DNA from: Chrysomallon squamiferum
Lineage: Eukaryota; Animalia; Mollusca
NCBI GenBank assembly: GCA_012295275.1
Contig: CM022679.1
Span: 22,320,001-22,384,000 of the forward strand
Reading direction: 5' to 3'
DNA: 64,000 nucleotides
The number at the start of each line of letters is the position of its first letter. Positions within the stretch are counted from its first letter, which is position 1. A program made the translations under genes and the position numbers. Below, one piece after another: positions 1-14,675 of this stretch. The notes beneath the pieces are model-generated. The model saw only the letters and a list, made by a program, of their open reading frames with translations, made no database searches and was not told the DNA's origin.

Positions 1-295
1 ATTTTGACTATAGATAAATAAGTCATTAAAAATAATTTATTATTTTTTTTTATAGAGGCAATTTTGTTATAAAAATAAACTCATTATATTATGCTTACAG
101 GTATTAATGTTATTTAAAAAAAAAAAGCTAAACGCATTATAATTGCAGGTATAGATTAGATTAGAGGTAAAAATGTTATTAAAATAAGTTAGTATAATTA
201 TTTATAAATATTGAGACTACAGAAAGTATGTTATCAAAATAAACTTATTATAATTATTACGATTATATGTTAAAATGTTTTATTATTCATTTCAG

Positions 296-1164
296 TGGAA
301 GAAAATGCCACGAGAGGAGTGAAAGAAGAAAACATGACAAGAACAGTACGTTTGATAAACAAAATTGTCAGTCAGTCTACTGAAGATAACATGGTTCCCA
401 TGCTGATGGACGTCATTGTTCTCCATCAACAACAAACAGACGTCGTCGTAGTCAGTGACCTTGAAAACGTCTGCGTGAAGTCGTTTTGGGAGGATCCACA
501 AGAAATGGGGAAGTTCAAAAGCAGCCGGTTGAATTTTGATGTATCTGGTATCGTCGGGAAAATGGCGAAATTTAACGAAAACCAAATTGCGGTTACTGTC
601 GGTAACAGCGTTTTGAGTGACATATACACCATCAACGTAAATCCAGAGTTGTCAGTCGATCACGTTATCAATCATCAGAGAAATTTCGTATGGAGTATCT
701 GCGCAATGTCTTCACGAACCAACGCCTCTAACCAACAAACAACGATGCTTGGTCACAGCGAGGGATTAGAACTGGTGGACAAGAAAGGCAATCTTACTGA
801 GGCTCTGGAAATCCCCAACCACTGTGAAATGCGCCCATTTCACTTAGCGCAGCTACCGAACGGTAACATCGTTATATCGAATGGCGAAAGCGGACTGGTT
901 TGTATAAGTCTGAAAGGGCAAGTCGTGTGGAGGTACGACATTAGGAGACCTGTGGGTATTACCAGTGATGACGACGGAAACGTTTACGTTGCGAACATTG
1001 AAAATAACGAAGTGATTCAGCTTTCTTCTGATGGCGAGTTTGTCAAAGAGGTTCTGACTCAGGCAGATGAAGTTGAACGTCCTGCGGGTCTGTATTATGA
1101 TTCAGCTAAAGAAAAACTCTATGTAGCCGAGATCAGTGGCTCGATTAAAATATTTCAAATGTGA
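296..1164 (+). CDS. Terminal coding exon of an NHL-repeat / six-bladed beta-propeller protein (TRIM/B-box-NHL-like family); upstream exons lie outside the window
   Basis: Acceptor ttcatttcAG ends at 295, so the ORF-track GTG start is really the splice site (phase 1). The frame is open to TGA at 1162-1164. It has NHL-like blades: RPFHLAQLPNGNIVIS, RPVGITSDDDGNVYVANIENNEVIQLSSDGEFVKEVL, RPAGLYYDSAKEKLYVAE. AATAAA at 1368. Confidence 0.8.
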
Positions 1165-1247
1165 TCGTATTTCTTTTTTTTTTTTTTTTTTTGTGAGTGA
1201 TTCTTTAAGAAATTAATTTGTTTTGTGTATGTATATTTCTATATACG

Positions 1248-1282
<35 letters not shown>

Positions 1283-2126
1283 TCTTTTTTTTCAAGATTT
1301 AGTAATAGATGTATCTATCCTCTAATTAAAAAGAACAGTTTTAAGATTCTATTACGAATCAAACTTCAATAAAAATAATTATTACACTCGTTAAAATAGT
1401 TGAAAATGAACCTGACTAACAAAACATATTATTCATCCTGTCAGTTCACCTAATTAATTTATGTTTACTACTTCGAGAAAGACAAATAAAATACATTAAA
1501 GAAACAAGATTTAGTTTTGTCATGGCCTTCATGTATGAACACAATAAGACGAAAACAACATCGTTTTCGAAGATTGTTTACCCTTAGAAAAACGAATGCA
1601 GTACCAGCTGCTGAATTTAAATATCAGGATACATATACTGTACAATATATATATGTTTTGTCATCATTAATATCCAAGTTAGCTTCCCCTCGAGAGATCG
1701 AAAAAAACAAAAAATGCATTTATAAAGGATAAGATACCAAGGTAAATACTTTATTTTTTAATGGCAATGTTCTTGATATCTGAAAATTTACGTGTTAAAA
1801 TAAAACAACAGTGGTGCTGGTTGAACCACAAACTGAATTTACTATAATTTTGAATTTACTGGTTTTATTTCCGTTTTCAAATAGGTTCAGGAATTGGACA
1901 AAGCGGTTAATGTGTTGTTGTATACAATATAAGGAATTAAACGTCTAAACCATTATAACGCTTTTTCGCAGTTGTTTGTTTTCACTGTGCAGGCTATCCC
2001 AGACTGCAACATTTCGCGTCCATTTTGCTTTTCTAGCCAATGGCGGTTGCTATGTCAAACATTCTACATGTGATATTCCTTTAATACTTAGGCAGTTATG
2101 TTTTGTTTTTCATTTTTCATACATAC

Positions 2127-2130
<4 letters not shown>

Positions 2131-2212
<82 letters not shown>
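2131..2212. repeat. (AG)n microsatellite, representative of many in the window
   Basis: Perfect dinucleotide run. Similar AG/CT runs occur at ~5701-5780, 32062-32122, 37486-37578, 46108-46200 and 50201-50306, along with many (AAT)n, (TTTA)n, (CA)n and (TA)n tracts. Confidence 0.95.
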
Positions 2213-2214
<2 letters not shown>

Positions 2215-2321
2215 TATATCTGTGCATCTAATTAAAGGGACGTAATTCTATTTATATTAGCATACAAGTCTTTTAAACAGCTTTCCTAACATATAATTAT
2301 TTCGATTTTGCTTGAATATAT

Positions 2322-2363
<42 letters not shown>

Positions 2364-2509
2364 TTTAGTACATCATGTAACGATCAGGTAGTGAGATGAT
2401 GATGAGAAATATATTAAAGACTCAATCTGTGTATTCAATTTGCAATTATATTGTTCAGAAAATAATAATCATGTCCGGAAAAAAGTTAATATTCTTTGTT
2501 GTTGTTTTT

Positions 2510-2540
<31 letters not shown>

Positions 2541-2991
2541 TTATTTATCTTTTTCTCTTTTTTAGGACTTGCCAGTGCCTTTGTATTTTCTTTTTATTAC
2601 ATTTTATTTTAAGATCTGTAATTTTTATTAATTTATTTTTAAATAAAATATTGCCATTTATAATTACCTAAATTATTTGCATTACAAATAAACAAACAAA
2701 CAACATAAATAAAAAATAAACAAACAAAAAATTACAAACAAACAAACAAAATTAAACAAAATAAATAAATAAAATAAATAGATAAATAATTAAAATTAAT
2801 ATTAAAATTAAAAAAAATTAAAAAAAAAAATTAAATTAATTTAAATAAATACATTTCTACACCTTAGGTGAACAGTTCCTAAATAAACCATAATCAACTG
2901 TGAACGCCCTTACCAGCCACACTGAGATGATATCGTAATGACCTACTGCGTCTGCATTTCAGATGATGAAAATATCATTATTTATTTTTGC

Positions 2992-3033
<42 letters not shown>

Positions 3034-3196
3034 CGTAATATTTCAGATTATTTATTTTGCCATTATTATAATAATAATATTATTATTTTATTTTTTTATT
3101 ATTTTTTTAGTTGTTTTGGATGTATGTGTATATGTATGTGTATATTCAAACTAACATTCGCGCAAAGGCTGACATAGAAGACAGACAGACAGACAG

Positions 3197-3233
<37 letters not shown>

Positions 3234-3621
3234 GCATTCAGTACGACCATAAAAACAGATTAAAGAAATATGATGTAAGGTACATAAATATCAAGGACAT
3301 ATTTACCTCCTGAAAGGTGAAAATCAGATCAGTACCTTTACTTACATAGCGTTTTAAATACAGCAGACTCCCCTGGAGCGAGCTATACCGAGTGAATGAC
3401 GTCATCTAATTGCAGACGTCTTATTTAAACATTCAGCATAGGTAAATATTTTTTCATTGGTTGATTTAAGGAGAAGAAGAAGAAGAGAACAAGGGGGAAA
3501 AGAAGAAGAATTACAATAAAATAAAAGAATACGCTCTTATTACAAAATGTGTTGTTTTTTTGAGTCATGTGGGGGTTTGTTCGTTGTTGGTTTTTTTTTT
3601 TTGTTGGTTTTTTTGTACCCT

Positions 3622-3652
<31 letters not shown>

Positions 3653-4287
3653 TTATAGGTTATAATATTATCATGTTATGTCACGATATTTCTGTGATGA
3701 GCTGAAGTACATTATAAAAAACAAACTATTCAGGAATACCAAAGTACAAAATCCTTCACGAATAAGCGCATGATGAAATGTTTGACTCAAATACTACAGA
3801 GAACAAGATGATGATGTTTCTGCTGCTGCTGATATTAATGGTGATGATGATGGTGATAATATCTATAATTTTCTTTTTACAATATTGAGGATGTGAAGAA
3901 GACGACGAAGAAGAAAAAAGGAAATGATTATGATAATGATGATAAAATAATAATAATAAAAAAATTCATACTGATGATACTGATGATGTGAAGACTAAAA
4001 AGAAAAACACGAAGAAAATGATGATGATGATAACGACGACGACGAGAGAAAGAGGAGAAGAAAAAGAATATAATTATCATGATAATAATGAAATTTATCA
4101 TTACTGTTACTGTTGTCGTTGCTATTATTATTATTATTATTATTATTATTGTTGTTGTTGTTGTTGTTGTTGTTGTTAATGGTTTTTATGATTATCCAGT
4201 GCAATTTTATCAACAGCTTCATGTTTGAGAAACTTAGAGTTCATTTCAAAATATGACATTATGTTGTATAGTGAAAACAAAATCAAT

Positions 4288-4301
4288 GTTGCTAAGGCAA
4301 C
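4288..4301. promoter_or_regulatory. Candidate RFX X-box (GTTGCTAAGGCAAC)
   Basis: Near-perfect palindromic X-box consensus in an otherwise low-complexity intergenic region, about 4.4 kb upstream of the putative PKD2 promoter. Function is inferred only. Confidence 0.35.
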
Positions 4302-5513
4302 GGGTACGTTTCACTGATGTCAACTAAATATATAAGAAAATATACATTAAGATTTTTAATAATTTATTAGATGGAAAAATATTCATAATCTATTAAAAAA
4401 AAATATTCGTAAAAAGAAAATAAATAATTTGAAAAATAAATCAGAAAAAAAACAAAAAAAACAAAAAAAAACAAGCTATTATTTTGAATGTTAGAAAATA
4501 ATTTCAGTTATATTAAAATATCAACAATACCACCATCATCAAGAAGAAGAAGAAGAAGAAGAAGAACGATAATAATAATAATAAATTTAAAAAAAGAAAG
4601 AAACGAAACAACAACAGACAAACAAACAAAATAATGGCTTCAGCTGTTAACTATAAAAAAAAAACAAAAAAAAAAACGATTTATAATATTGTCATTTATT
4701 AATATTACTAAACTGATTTTTTTGCCTTTAAACGACCATATCTTAATATTTATAATATATCATTTTCATATAGCAAATGCTGTACTCTGCAGACTGCAAT
4801 AATTCCTGGAGGTTGTAACATTGTGCCTCGTTCCTAGTATTGGTCTACAGATGTATTATTTCTTTATTGTTAAATTCTGTCCGTGAATTACAATGTTGGC
4901 GCCCTTCACTCTATTATAATCGCTCCGTCCATTGAAATGGGATATATGTTTGATATAATATAAAATATTTAAAACATCGTTATCATATGGCCATCATACA
5001 AAACATAACCACCAAACCGTGTTTATTTTTCCGTTTTCTCCTCTCTAACTATTGATCATAGATTTTCTTTTCATTTCTGTACTTATAGTTATTTGATGTG
5101 TCCCGGGACATTGTCTATTTTAATGCAGACAGATCTATGTATCATTGCCGAATGCTTTCGGATCTTTGAAAGTAAAACTGCATTTTTTTTTTACTCAGTA
5201 TCGATTATATTTAATTACAAAACATCTTTTCAGATCTGTGAAATCATTATTAAGCTTTCTCTGACGTCTTTGGTGAATTCATCCAACAATTTTCAGATTA
5301 TTCTTTATTTTGAGAAGACAGGCATCATTGTTTCCGAAGCTGGTGTCAAGTGAAAAGACCCGAATAATCAATATGGATGGTTGACAACACACAGCAACGC
5401 ATCATCGTTCTGTTTCTAAACCGCGTACATAAGTAGTGTGTTATTGTCCCAAGAACAATAGGTTATTTGCACATTATTTTCTCTTTGTAGGCTTTAATGT
5501 TTTCCTTATTTTA

Positions 5514-5567
<54 letters not shown>

Positions 5568-5693
5568 CATCATTTTGTTTGGGTATTTTTTCTTTCTTTA
5601 ATATTTGTTTATTTTTGTTATATCTTTCTATCTGTCTATCTGACTGTCTGTCTATCTATTTATCGATCTGTACATATTTCATTTCATCTCTTT

Positions 5694-5783
<90 letters not shown>

Positions 5784-7907
5784 TATATATATGAATATTT
5801 AATTGATATATATAGTGATATATATAATTACACTATTTCTGGTACAAAGCTAAAATTATTTATTTTGATATGACAGTTTATGGCTTTCAGAATAAAATAG
5901 AACGTGTGATCATTTTTAACTGAAAGCTCTCAATAAATTTACATCATAATAAAAATATAATATATATTGATATTCGAGAAACAAACATATCCATCCAGAT
6001 GGAGATTTTTAGAGAAACTGGCTTTAAATTTAAAACAGTCTATAATCTAAAACTGATAAAATTCAGCTTATATAAACAAAAAAGAAACAAAAAAACCTCC
6101 AGATTTTGATCCGTGTGTTATGATAATCGACCCTTTAAAACAGTGTATTAATTTCTATCATTAGATCGATAGAGGAGGAGATAAAAATTATAACGTCATC
6201 ACTGTGCGTCATTTAGTATGACGTTTAGCCGCATTCCTAACGAGTTCATCTGTTATAAGCTCAGTCTTAAAGCTGTCAAGAGTTCTCATTACCAGCCCGT
6301 GGCACGTTTGACTTTCTGAGGTCAATCATAAATAATTCCTTAATGGAAACCTTTGGGATTTGGTGCGTTGTGTTGTTTTGTTTGTTTGCTTTATTTTAAT
6401 TTTCTCTCCTGTTTCGATTTTATGAGATGAAGACCAATAAATTCACGTTGTTAATTGGATTATTTATTTATATATATATTTATTTCATTTCTTTTCATTT
6501 TGTTAAATCTATCTTTATTTCTTTCTCTCTCCGTCTTTTTTTTTTTTCAAAAGCAAACAGTTGAGAATTTCAACACATGCAATTTTCGTTACGGTTTAAT
6601 ACTTTAAAAATAATTTGTTTATATCTCTGGTCAGGCGGTCTGCATTGTGTATTTTAAGGAATATGTATATTTTATTAGGTCGTTAACATAAGTTCCTTTA
6701 TAACAATTAGCAGGAATTAATTATCCTGATGCAAAAACTAGTTAATGTTTAATTTTTTTATGTGTGTATGTGTGTGTGTGTGTTTATATCATAGAACGAC
6801 TTGTTTCATATTAGCACATAATAAATTGTTTGTATGATAAGGCATTGTATTTATATATACACTACAAGGCTTGTTTCCTATCAGCATATAATAAAGTATT
6901 TGCCTGATCCTTATCAGCATAAGCAATATATTTATATATAAAATATAAGGCCAGTATAAACCCTGAAAAACTATACGATCAGATAACTTGTATGTACAGA
7001 TCTCCGAAGATACTTAATTGCCTCTTCCCACAAGCGAAGCCCCACGTCTAAAAAAAAGGGCTGTTATTTTATTATTGCACCACAAAATAACTGACAACTG
7101 ACACTATTATTTCAGTGATTACCCTGTCTCACTAGGTTTAAACAGATGTAAAAGTGAGAATATATTTTATATCGTAAAATTAATATTCAGTCACTAGATC
7201 GCTCGATCCACGATCAATCGATCAACCCACACAGTCAATTGATAAATAAATTAATCGTTCCATCGACTGCAATCGACCGACCGATTTAGCTTGAATGATC
7301 AATCAGCTTCTTTTGAAACCATAATGCTTTCATCTTATGGTAATCAATTAGCATGTCTGTTTTGTGTACAGGTTCTAGGGTTATGTGCTCAATCACTATG
7401 GCAATGACAATGACTTTATTATCATAAACTGAAGGATTACAGTACAGAGAAGAATGTATTACAGAATAACGATAACAAAATTAAAATGCACATGCTAGGA
7501 AGTTTAGCGAGGAGGACATACTCTCTGACATATTAAGACATTTTTTTAATTATATAAACATATTTTTTGCTGTTAAATAAATTGTTATATGTCTCATGTA
7601 TTTATCTGGTATATCTTCTTCTCGCATAATAATATAGGATCATGACACAATGATATTCATCCCCAGTTTTATCAAGATTACAAAAATGACATTTTCTGTT
7701 TTCTCTTAGAATGTAAAAGCATTGCCCAGTTTCAACGCTACTGTGTTGCAAGATTAAGAGGACATAACTAAATATACAGTGTTATCACGCCCCATTTTGA
7801 TTTTGGGTGGGGACCCGTTATTATGATTTGTTTCCAGAACCTACCAGTCATATGACAGTGTGTTTATCCACTATACCATAGAAATGTAATTATTAAGGAA
7901 CAGATTG

Positions 7908-7944
<37 letters not shown>

Positions 7945-8155
7945 AGCTTAACTGCCCAGTTTTACATTAAATTTAATTGATATCAAGAATTTAAGGCAAG
8001 ATTTGATGAAATACTTTTTTCTTTTTTTTTTTTTCATTTTTTTCATTTTTTCATTTTTTTCTTTTTTTATAATAATAATTATTGTTTAATTAACTGTAAT
8101 TACATAATACTGAAAGTCTAATGTCAGTTATTCAACAAGGAAAGGAATTTTTAAA

Positions 8156-8221
<66 letters not shown>

Positions 8222-8725
8222 TAGCAACTTTTTGCTTAACGCATTTGCCTTGAGAAATGTCTAAATATAATTTTGATATCTTATCAACAAATTCAATCTA
8301 CTTCTTTATATAATATATTATAGCAATACGGTGTTCCGTAGAATGCTTTGTTTATCACTTTTTTCATTTCTTTCTTTCTTATTTTTGTTCTCTTATTTGA
8401 TAATAAATATAAATCAGTTTAAAGAATAGATAAGATCATTTTTCAGTTCAATGACTGTAAATCTAATTTCTCAAATGTACTTTCAAGTCCTGCCCTGTAA
8501 AATTACTTTATTTGGTAAAATGGTGCTCCATACTAAAGGAAAGAAATATTAAACTACTGTTGCAATTCATTTTTGTCGTGCTTGCGTGTCGATACGGGTA
8601 TTAAATTACGATTTTTAATTATTTAGTTCATGCTCTGATTATCAACCGCGGTCTTGTAAAATATGTATAGAAAAAAACAGAGATCGGTGAGTGCACGAAG
8701 CGAAAGTTACTCCTCTTTGACAACT

Positions 8726-8995
8726 GTGACGTCACGAATCATTTCCGCCATGTTTATTTTCTAAAAGGAGCACCTTGCAGCTGATTGTGAGGCTGTTTAT
8801 CGATTTTTATTGGAGCCAATTGGTTTGTGTCCCGCATCCTGGCCGTTTTCCTGCTTAACTTTTAACCGATCAAGACGTACAATTTATTCTTGGGACAAAA
8901 ATAACGAGGTAAGAAAACTGCGTACATAAAACAGTTTTACCAAATTCTTTAAAATGCCAATCATGACAGTACGAGTTTAATAGCCTACTTCCGGT
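8726..8995 (+). promoter_or_regulatory. PKD2: Putative PKD2 promoter and non-coding first exon
   Basis: Locally CpG-richer island with CRE palindrome GTGACGTCAC (8726-8735), YY1-like CCGCCATGTT (8745-8754), strong donor GAG|GTAAGA (exon end 8908) and ETS-like ACTTCCGGT (8987-8995). The ATG exon has an acceptor at 9673, only 8 nt before the ATG, which implies an upstream UTR exon. Confidence 0.55.
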
Positions 8996-9681
8996 GTTAA
9001 AAGTTAATTTATTTACTTGCTACTTCATATACTTCTTTAGATTTCTCATTTGCCTGTCAGAAGACATTAAATTAATTACGATTTAAGTAATTATAATGAT
9101 TTTTTTTTTTTTAATTTCAGTAAAGAATTTTACTTAAATCTATGTGTACAATAAAGACAGTATGAGTATCATAAAATAAATATAAACTACTTAAAATTTC
9201 GTTTTTTACTGCTTGACTGAATTATCATGTTAGTTCTTCTATTTTAGACATTACTGATTACAGAATAAATAAATAAGAATAAAAGTTTTTCATTTATAGT
9301 AATTGTTGAATTTACATGCTGTTTAGCATAGTTTCTTTAACTCAGGAATACGAAAGTTAAATCAGAAAAAATAATTGTATTTTTATACAAAAAGTAGAAA
9401 TATAAGTAGTAATTTTGGAATAAAATTGTATAGAGTAAAATTTCTTTTCATTAAATAATAATAATAATAATAAATGTAAATTTTATTTTCATTTTAAAAC
9501 TGTACTTTTTTTATACATATAATGATATATATATGGGTAATTTGAAAATGCTAATTTAAGTAATTACTGAACCTTAATTAAATTAAATAAAGAATATTCC
9601 ATCACTGTATAGATGAAAAAATTTAAAACAGAGATTTAAAAAACTTAAGTTACAGATTCTCATTTTCTTATAGAGTGGAAA

Positions 9682-12600
9682 ATGCCACAGAATCGACCAT
9701 CCAGTGGTCAGTCTCGTACTGCTTGGGGTGATGAAGGAATAGATGCATATGGAGCAGACGGCATCCGTGACGATCCTGACCTGCCCACTGCAATGGACAG
9801 TGAAGTTTATATGGGAAGTGAATCCAAAGTGGAGCGCAGATCTGCTAACCATGTAGGGTCCAATGGGCAGCAGGTCCAAAACACTGGTTGCATGGGAAAT
9901 GTTTTCTTCAGGTGTTTGAGATGTAAGTAAATATATTAAATGTATTTCTGTTTTTAGTGTTATCCTATAAAGACAGACACTGACATGATTATGATAGTAT
10001 TTATTCAGTGTTTTTTTTTTCTTCAAATGCAAGTACCAAAAACCATTTATCTAGCCAAAAAAATAAAATAAATAAAAAATAATTGTGTATTTAACTGATT
10101 GATATTAATACACTTCTAAATCAGGGTCTGATTGATACTTAAAATTCTTAAGATAGCTGTATAGAAATTAGTAACAAAATACACTCTCCCCTAGCAAGCT
10201 GCTAGCCTTTTAGACATGGTAATAAATGAAAATAACAGTAATTTAAGACAAATAATAACTTAATGTTAGAGGATCACTAGTCAGTTTTACAAATAGCAAA
10301 CTTTCTAGAATGTACCAGATTTCTGGAAACTGGATGAATAGTTTGGTATTTAATGTGAATTTTAATGCATAATTGCTACATGTACATAAAATGAGAAAGT
10401 AGTAAAGTATTTGCCTCAACCATTTTCACATAATGGAAGTAAGAAGAATGAACAGATGTTAACTAACAGTTTCTGGTGGCCAGAACACTAAACAGTTAAT
10501 TCTTTACCATTAATAATGCACCCTGTTAGGTGCTAGGACATGACAATTTGTAACCATGTACAGTGATTGTCATTTATTATTATTATTACTATTGATTTAT
10601 ATGTTATTATTTAAATTTTATTTCCAGAACTAGAGTACGTATATAATTAATCATAAATAATTGCACTGTTTTATTGTCTAAAGAAACGCAGTGGTATTCA
10701 TTATTATAACATCCATTGCCTTCCTCAAAATGTTGCCACTGAAAGATGTCTATATTTTAGAAACTCTTAAATAATTCATTATTTAAATGAGGTTTGAAAG
10801 ATAACTAAATATTGTGGTTCTGGAGCTGGAGATTTTCTTGCTAAGCTGAGATAAATAATTTCATAATACCTGTGTTGTAAATGGAATTTAAAAAAAAAAA
10901 TTATAAAAAATGAACAGATGTAATATTATAAACCTTCATTTGGGGATGGTGTTTGCATTCTTGTTTGGTAAATCTGTTTCTTCATTTCATGGTTTGATTA
11001 TCTCAAATTTGTGAAATATTTTATATAAAATGACAGAGGATTACATCTGCTGCAATAGGATTATACACATTTATGCTGCATTAAACATTTTAAGCAGATT
11101 GCTGTTCAAACATTTGTAAAGTAAAATAATTCAGCTGAGCAATAAATATTAATAATGCAGTACTTACTGAAATGTTACCATTTTTATTATGATATCAATT
11201 TAGTATTTTATTTAGGCTTATCAAACTGAGTAATTGTTCTTACAAATTCCAAAGAAAGAAAATATATGCATACATTAAAATATATTTAATTACAGATGTT
11301 AAAAATGTACATTTACAAACATACATATTGTTTACTAAAGTATTTTCGAGAAATACCCTTTTTGAAATGCCACATCAATAGCTGAATATTGATCAGTCAT
11401 CAATTTTTTATTTCTGCGACAGTGTTATGTATCTGAAGTCAGCCAATGTTTATATCAATACTATGGAAACTGTATTGATTGTGTGTTGTTAAAGCCTGCT
11501 TGTGCTGAATCCACAGGCAGAAACAGGGTACATTGATTGATTCTTTTGTTGTTTGATGTTTTTGCAATTAAACAGGACTATTGATTATTGGTCACTTATT
11601 GGGATAAAAAGCTCTAGGCGAATCTGTTGAGATATAATCAGCTTTACAATTTCATGACAATATTTTAAAGGTGACATTGATTAGAAGAGAAGTGAAGAAA
11701 AAAGAATGTTGTTCAGGTCCATTTTCCTATCTGCGTGCTGAATAATTTATTACTTTACAATATCAATGTTTTATGTTCTCCGAACGTAACTGGCAAAGTT
11801 CCAACTGTGTAGAAATGTAACATAAATTATTTTAAGATAGGTGAACAATACAGTCTAATTTAAATTTGTTGTCTACTATTACTAATATTAAAGATAAAAA
11901 TACAGTTGTTTCATCATTATTTATATTCAAGGAGAATTTTGAAGACACTATAGAAGAATTGTTAATATTGTGTAATAATTTATATTTATACTGAATAAAA
12001 AAAATCTGGGTTAATGGAATTAGTTATTAATTTTGTTTGGTGAGCATTATGCGAAATTCTTGATTGGTTGTAAATATTGCTCCACAAAATAACCTCAATT
12101 TTTATATCAAAGATTTTTAAATACATTGTACAAATATTGGTATTTCATGACCCCTAACTTTTTTGATCAGTGTATATCTGAATTCTCTGTTATTCATGTT
12201 TTAAAGTCTATAACATAACTTTTTGTTTCTTTCTTCTTCTTTTTTTCTCATTTCCTTTTTAAATAGGTTTAATATTAATTGTCAGACTTTCCTTTTTGAA
12301 AATGTAAATCAAATTATGGAGTTGTTAACTGTTGTCCATTATGCACTGAAGTATGTTTCATGTTTGTGTAAATAAGTCAACTTATACAGTCACATACATA
12401 CCAATAAGTTTTAAGTTTTAGGTATCTCTTAGAGTTAAAGGCTCTTCGTTTATTTTCTCTCATAAATTTATAAAAAAAACTAAATTAAGTTATGTATGCA
12501 TCAGTAAAACAAAATCTGATAAATGCTGATCAAATTATTTTAAATATTGGACATAGCCACTACCAGCCCCAAAATACCTTAATAAATGAATAAATGAAAT

Positions 12601-14634
12601 GAAATGAAATATTAATAAAAATATTTTTAAAAATGTGATGTAACCAAACAAATACCAAAAATGAAAAGTTCTTCCTGGTATTGCAGGAATCTTTTTAATT
12701 TAAAGGTGCTACAATTTGGTTTGAATAATACAGTTAATTTTATATGTACATATGTAATAATATATATATTTTTTTTTTTACAAATTTACAGCTCTATGGG
12801 CTACTCGACACACAGAGGAGACAAAGGCAAACAGAGAGCTCTATGTGAAAACAACTCTGAGAGAACTCATTGTCTACATCGTCTTTTTGGTTGTCATCTG
12901 TGTCAGTGAGTATCAGCATCAACTACGCATGCATTTTCTCCAGTTTGGGAGAGTGAGAGAGAATGAAAATAAAACAGAGAGAAAATAAGAAAAGTGAGAG
13001 AGTAATTTATGTAGAGAGCAAAAACAGAAATTTCTGTTCGTACTTGATAACATATATCTCTACATATGATACAGGCAGTAATTACAAAATACATTTCTGT
13101 TACTTATATTTACTGTTTATTATTCATCCAGAACTAATGTACTTTGTTACTGAATAAATAACATTACTTTTCATCCAGCAACACAGTTTGATGTGGGTTT
13201 CAGAAACCAAAATGTATTAACCTAAAAAAAATTGCCGTTTATCTTGGATAATTCATGGCCTTTTAAGCAGATTCTGTTTCTTTTTTAAATGTCTGCTCAA
13301 AAGAGAAAGAAAGATGCTTCTGTTCACTACTTACTATATAAATACATCAGATAATTTATAAATTAATCTATTACATTTTTGACTTGCTGTAGCAGTGATA
13401 ACACAGACAAAACAATAGTTGCAGTTACAATGATAAATTGAAATATTATTTTGTTTATGATGTAAAGCGATGGTGAGATCTTATGAGTAAGTTGAAATAA
13501 AAAAAAATATTTTGAATATTTGAAATTGTTTATAAAGTCTGTTTAACATTATTTTTTTAATTTTATTTATTTATTTGGGTTATTCTTTGTTAGAGTTGAA
13601 AATTAGACCAGCTAAAGATATTTTATGTTGTGTTTTAGAAAGTTTTTGTTCATTTACGTTCTGCGTTTGTATCTCTGTTATAATGTTCAGTTCAGTTTTA
13701 TTCAGTTCTTTAATTATTAAGTTACTAAAAATTAATTTTTTAATTAAAACTCATATTGTTTCATTGTTTTTCAAATTGTTCAGATTGTGTAGATTTGAAC
13801 AAGTTTTTAAATTATATTTTATTGAACATTCTTAATGAAATACTAAAGTCAAATTACTAATGTTTATTATTCAACTGAAACGAATAATGTTATAAGCATT
13901 TACGAAAAAAATTGAGATAACAAAACATACTCATTATTATTAACAGCCTTCTGAAGAATTATAGTTTATGTATTGAAATATTATTAATATTATCATATAA
14001 ATAATATATATTTAAAGGTTTGCTTATCCAGTTATGATGCAAAACAATTTAAGTAATTCTCTTTCATATTACATTCTTAAATTATTCCTTTAATTTATAG
14101 ATTTTTTTTTTTTGAGTTTAACACTTCATTCTAATATAATTATATATACTACATTTTATTCATTTTTTTTTTTTTTTTTTTTTCATAAATGCGTATTTTC
14201 AGTAATTAAAAATAATTTCTGTACAAGTACATGTATTTAAATTTAGGTATACACTAACAAAACACTTAATATTATATTTTTTAATATTCAAAAACAAAAC
14301 TTTCCCACTGACTTATAAGGCATATTTTGATAAACAGCACTATATTGTTCTATTCAGTTACTTTTGGAATGACAAGCACAACCATGTACTACTACACAAA
14401 AGTAATGAGTGACCTTTTCCTGGACACCCCCAATGACAAAGCCGGAACTTACAGGACAATTACCAATGTTGATGACTTCTGGAGAGTAAGTAATCCATAT
14501 ACTTTTGTTTTAATAAATGTTTCTGTTATAAAAAGTAATGTTCAGCTTAATATTATTCCTAATGTTGATGACTGCTAGAGAGTGAGTAGTCTGTATCTTT
14601 TTTTTAATACATTTCTTTTACACATGTGTAATAA

Positions 14635-14675
<41 letters not shown>

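Noticed and set aside
295-297. GTG start making a single-exon 289-aa gene
   Set aside because: The G is the last base of a canonical ttcAG acceptor, so the ORF is better read as a terminal exon.
4740-5430. Possible decayed coding sequence on the minus strand
   Set aside because: The sequence is more complex than its flanks, but the minus-strand frames I translated contain repeated stops and no recognisable motif. BLASTx would be needed.
1976-5873. ORF-track peptides with poly-ER, poly-N, poly-Y or poly-L (also 35629-35966, 39425-40501, 43103-43996, 46057-48801, 50915-52186, 54060-54519, 60666-61119)
   Set aside because: These are translations of di- and tri-nucleotide microsatellites or minisatellites that happen to lack stops. 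They have no splice or domain support.
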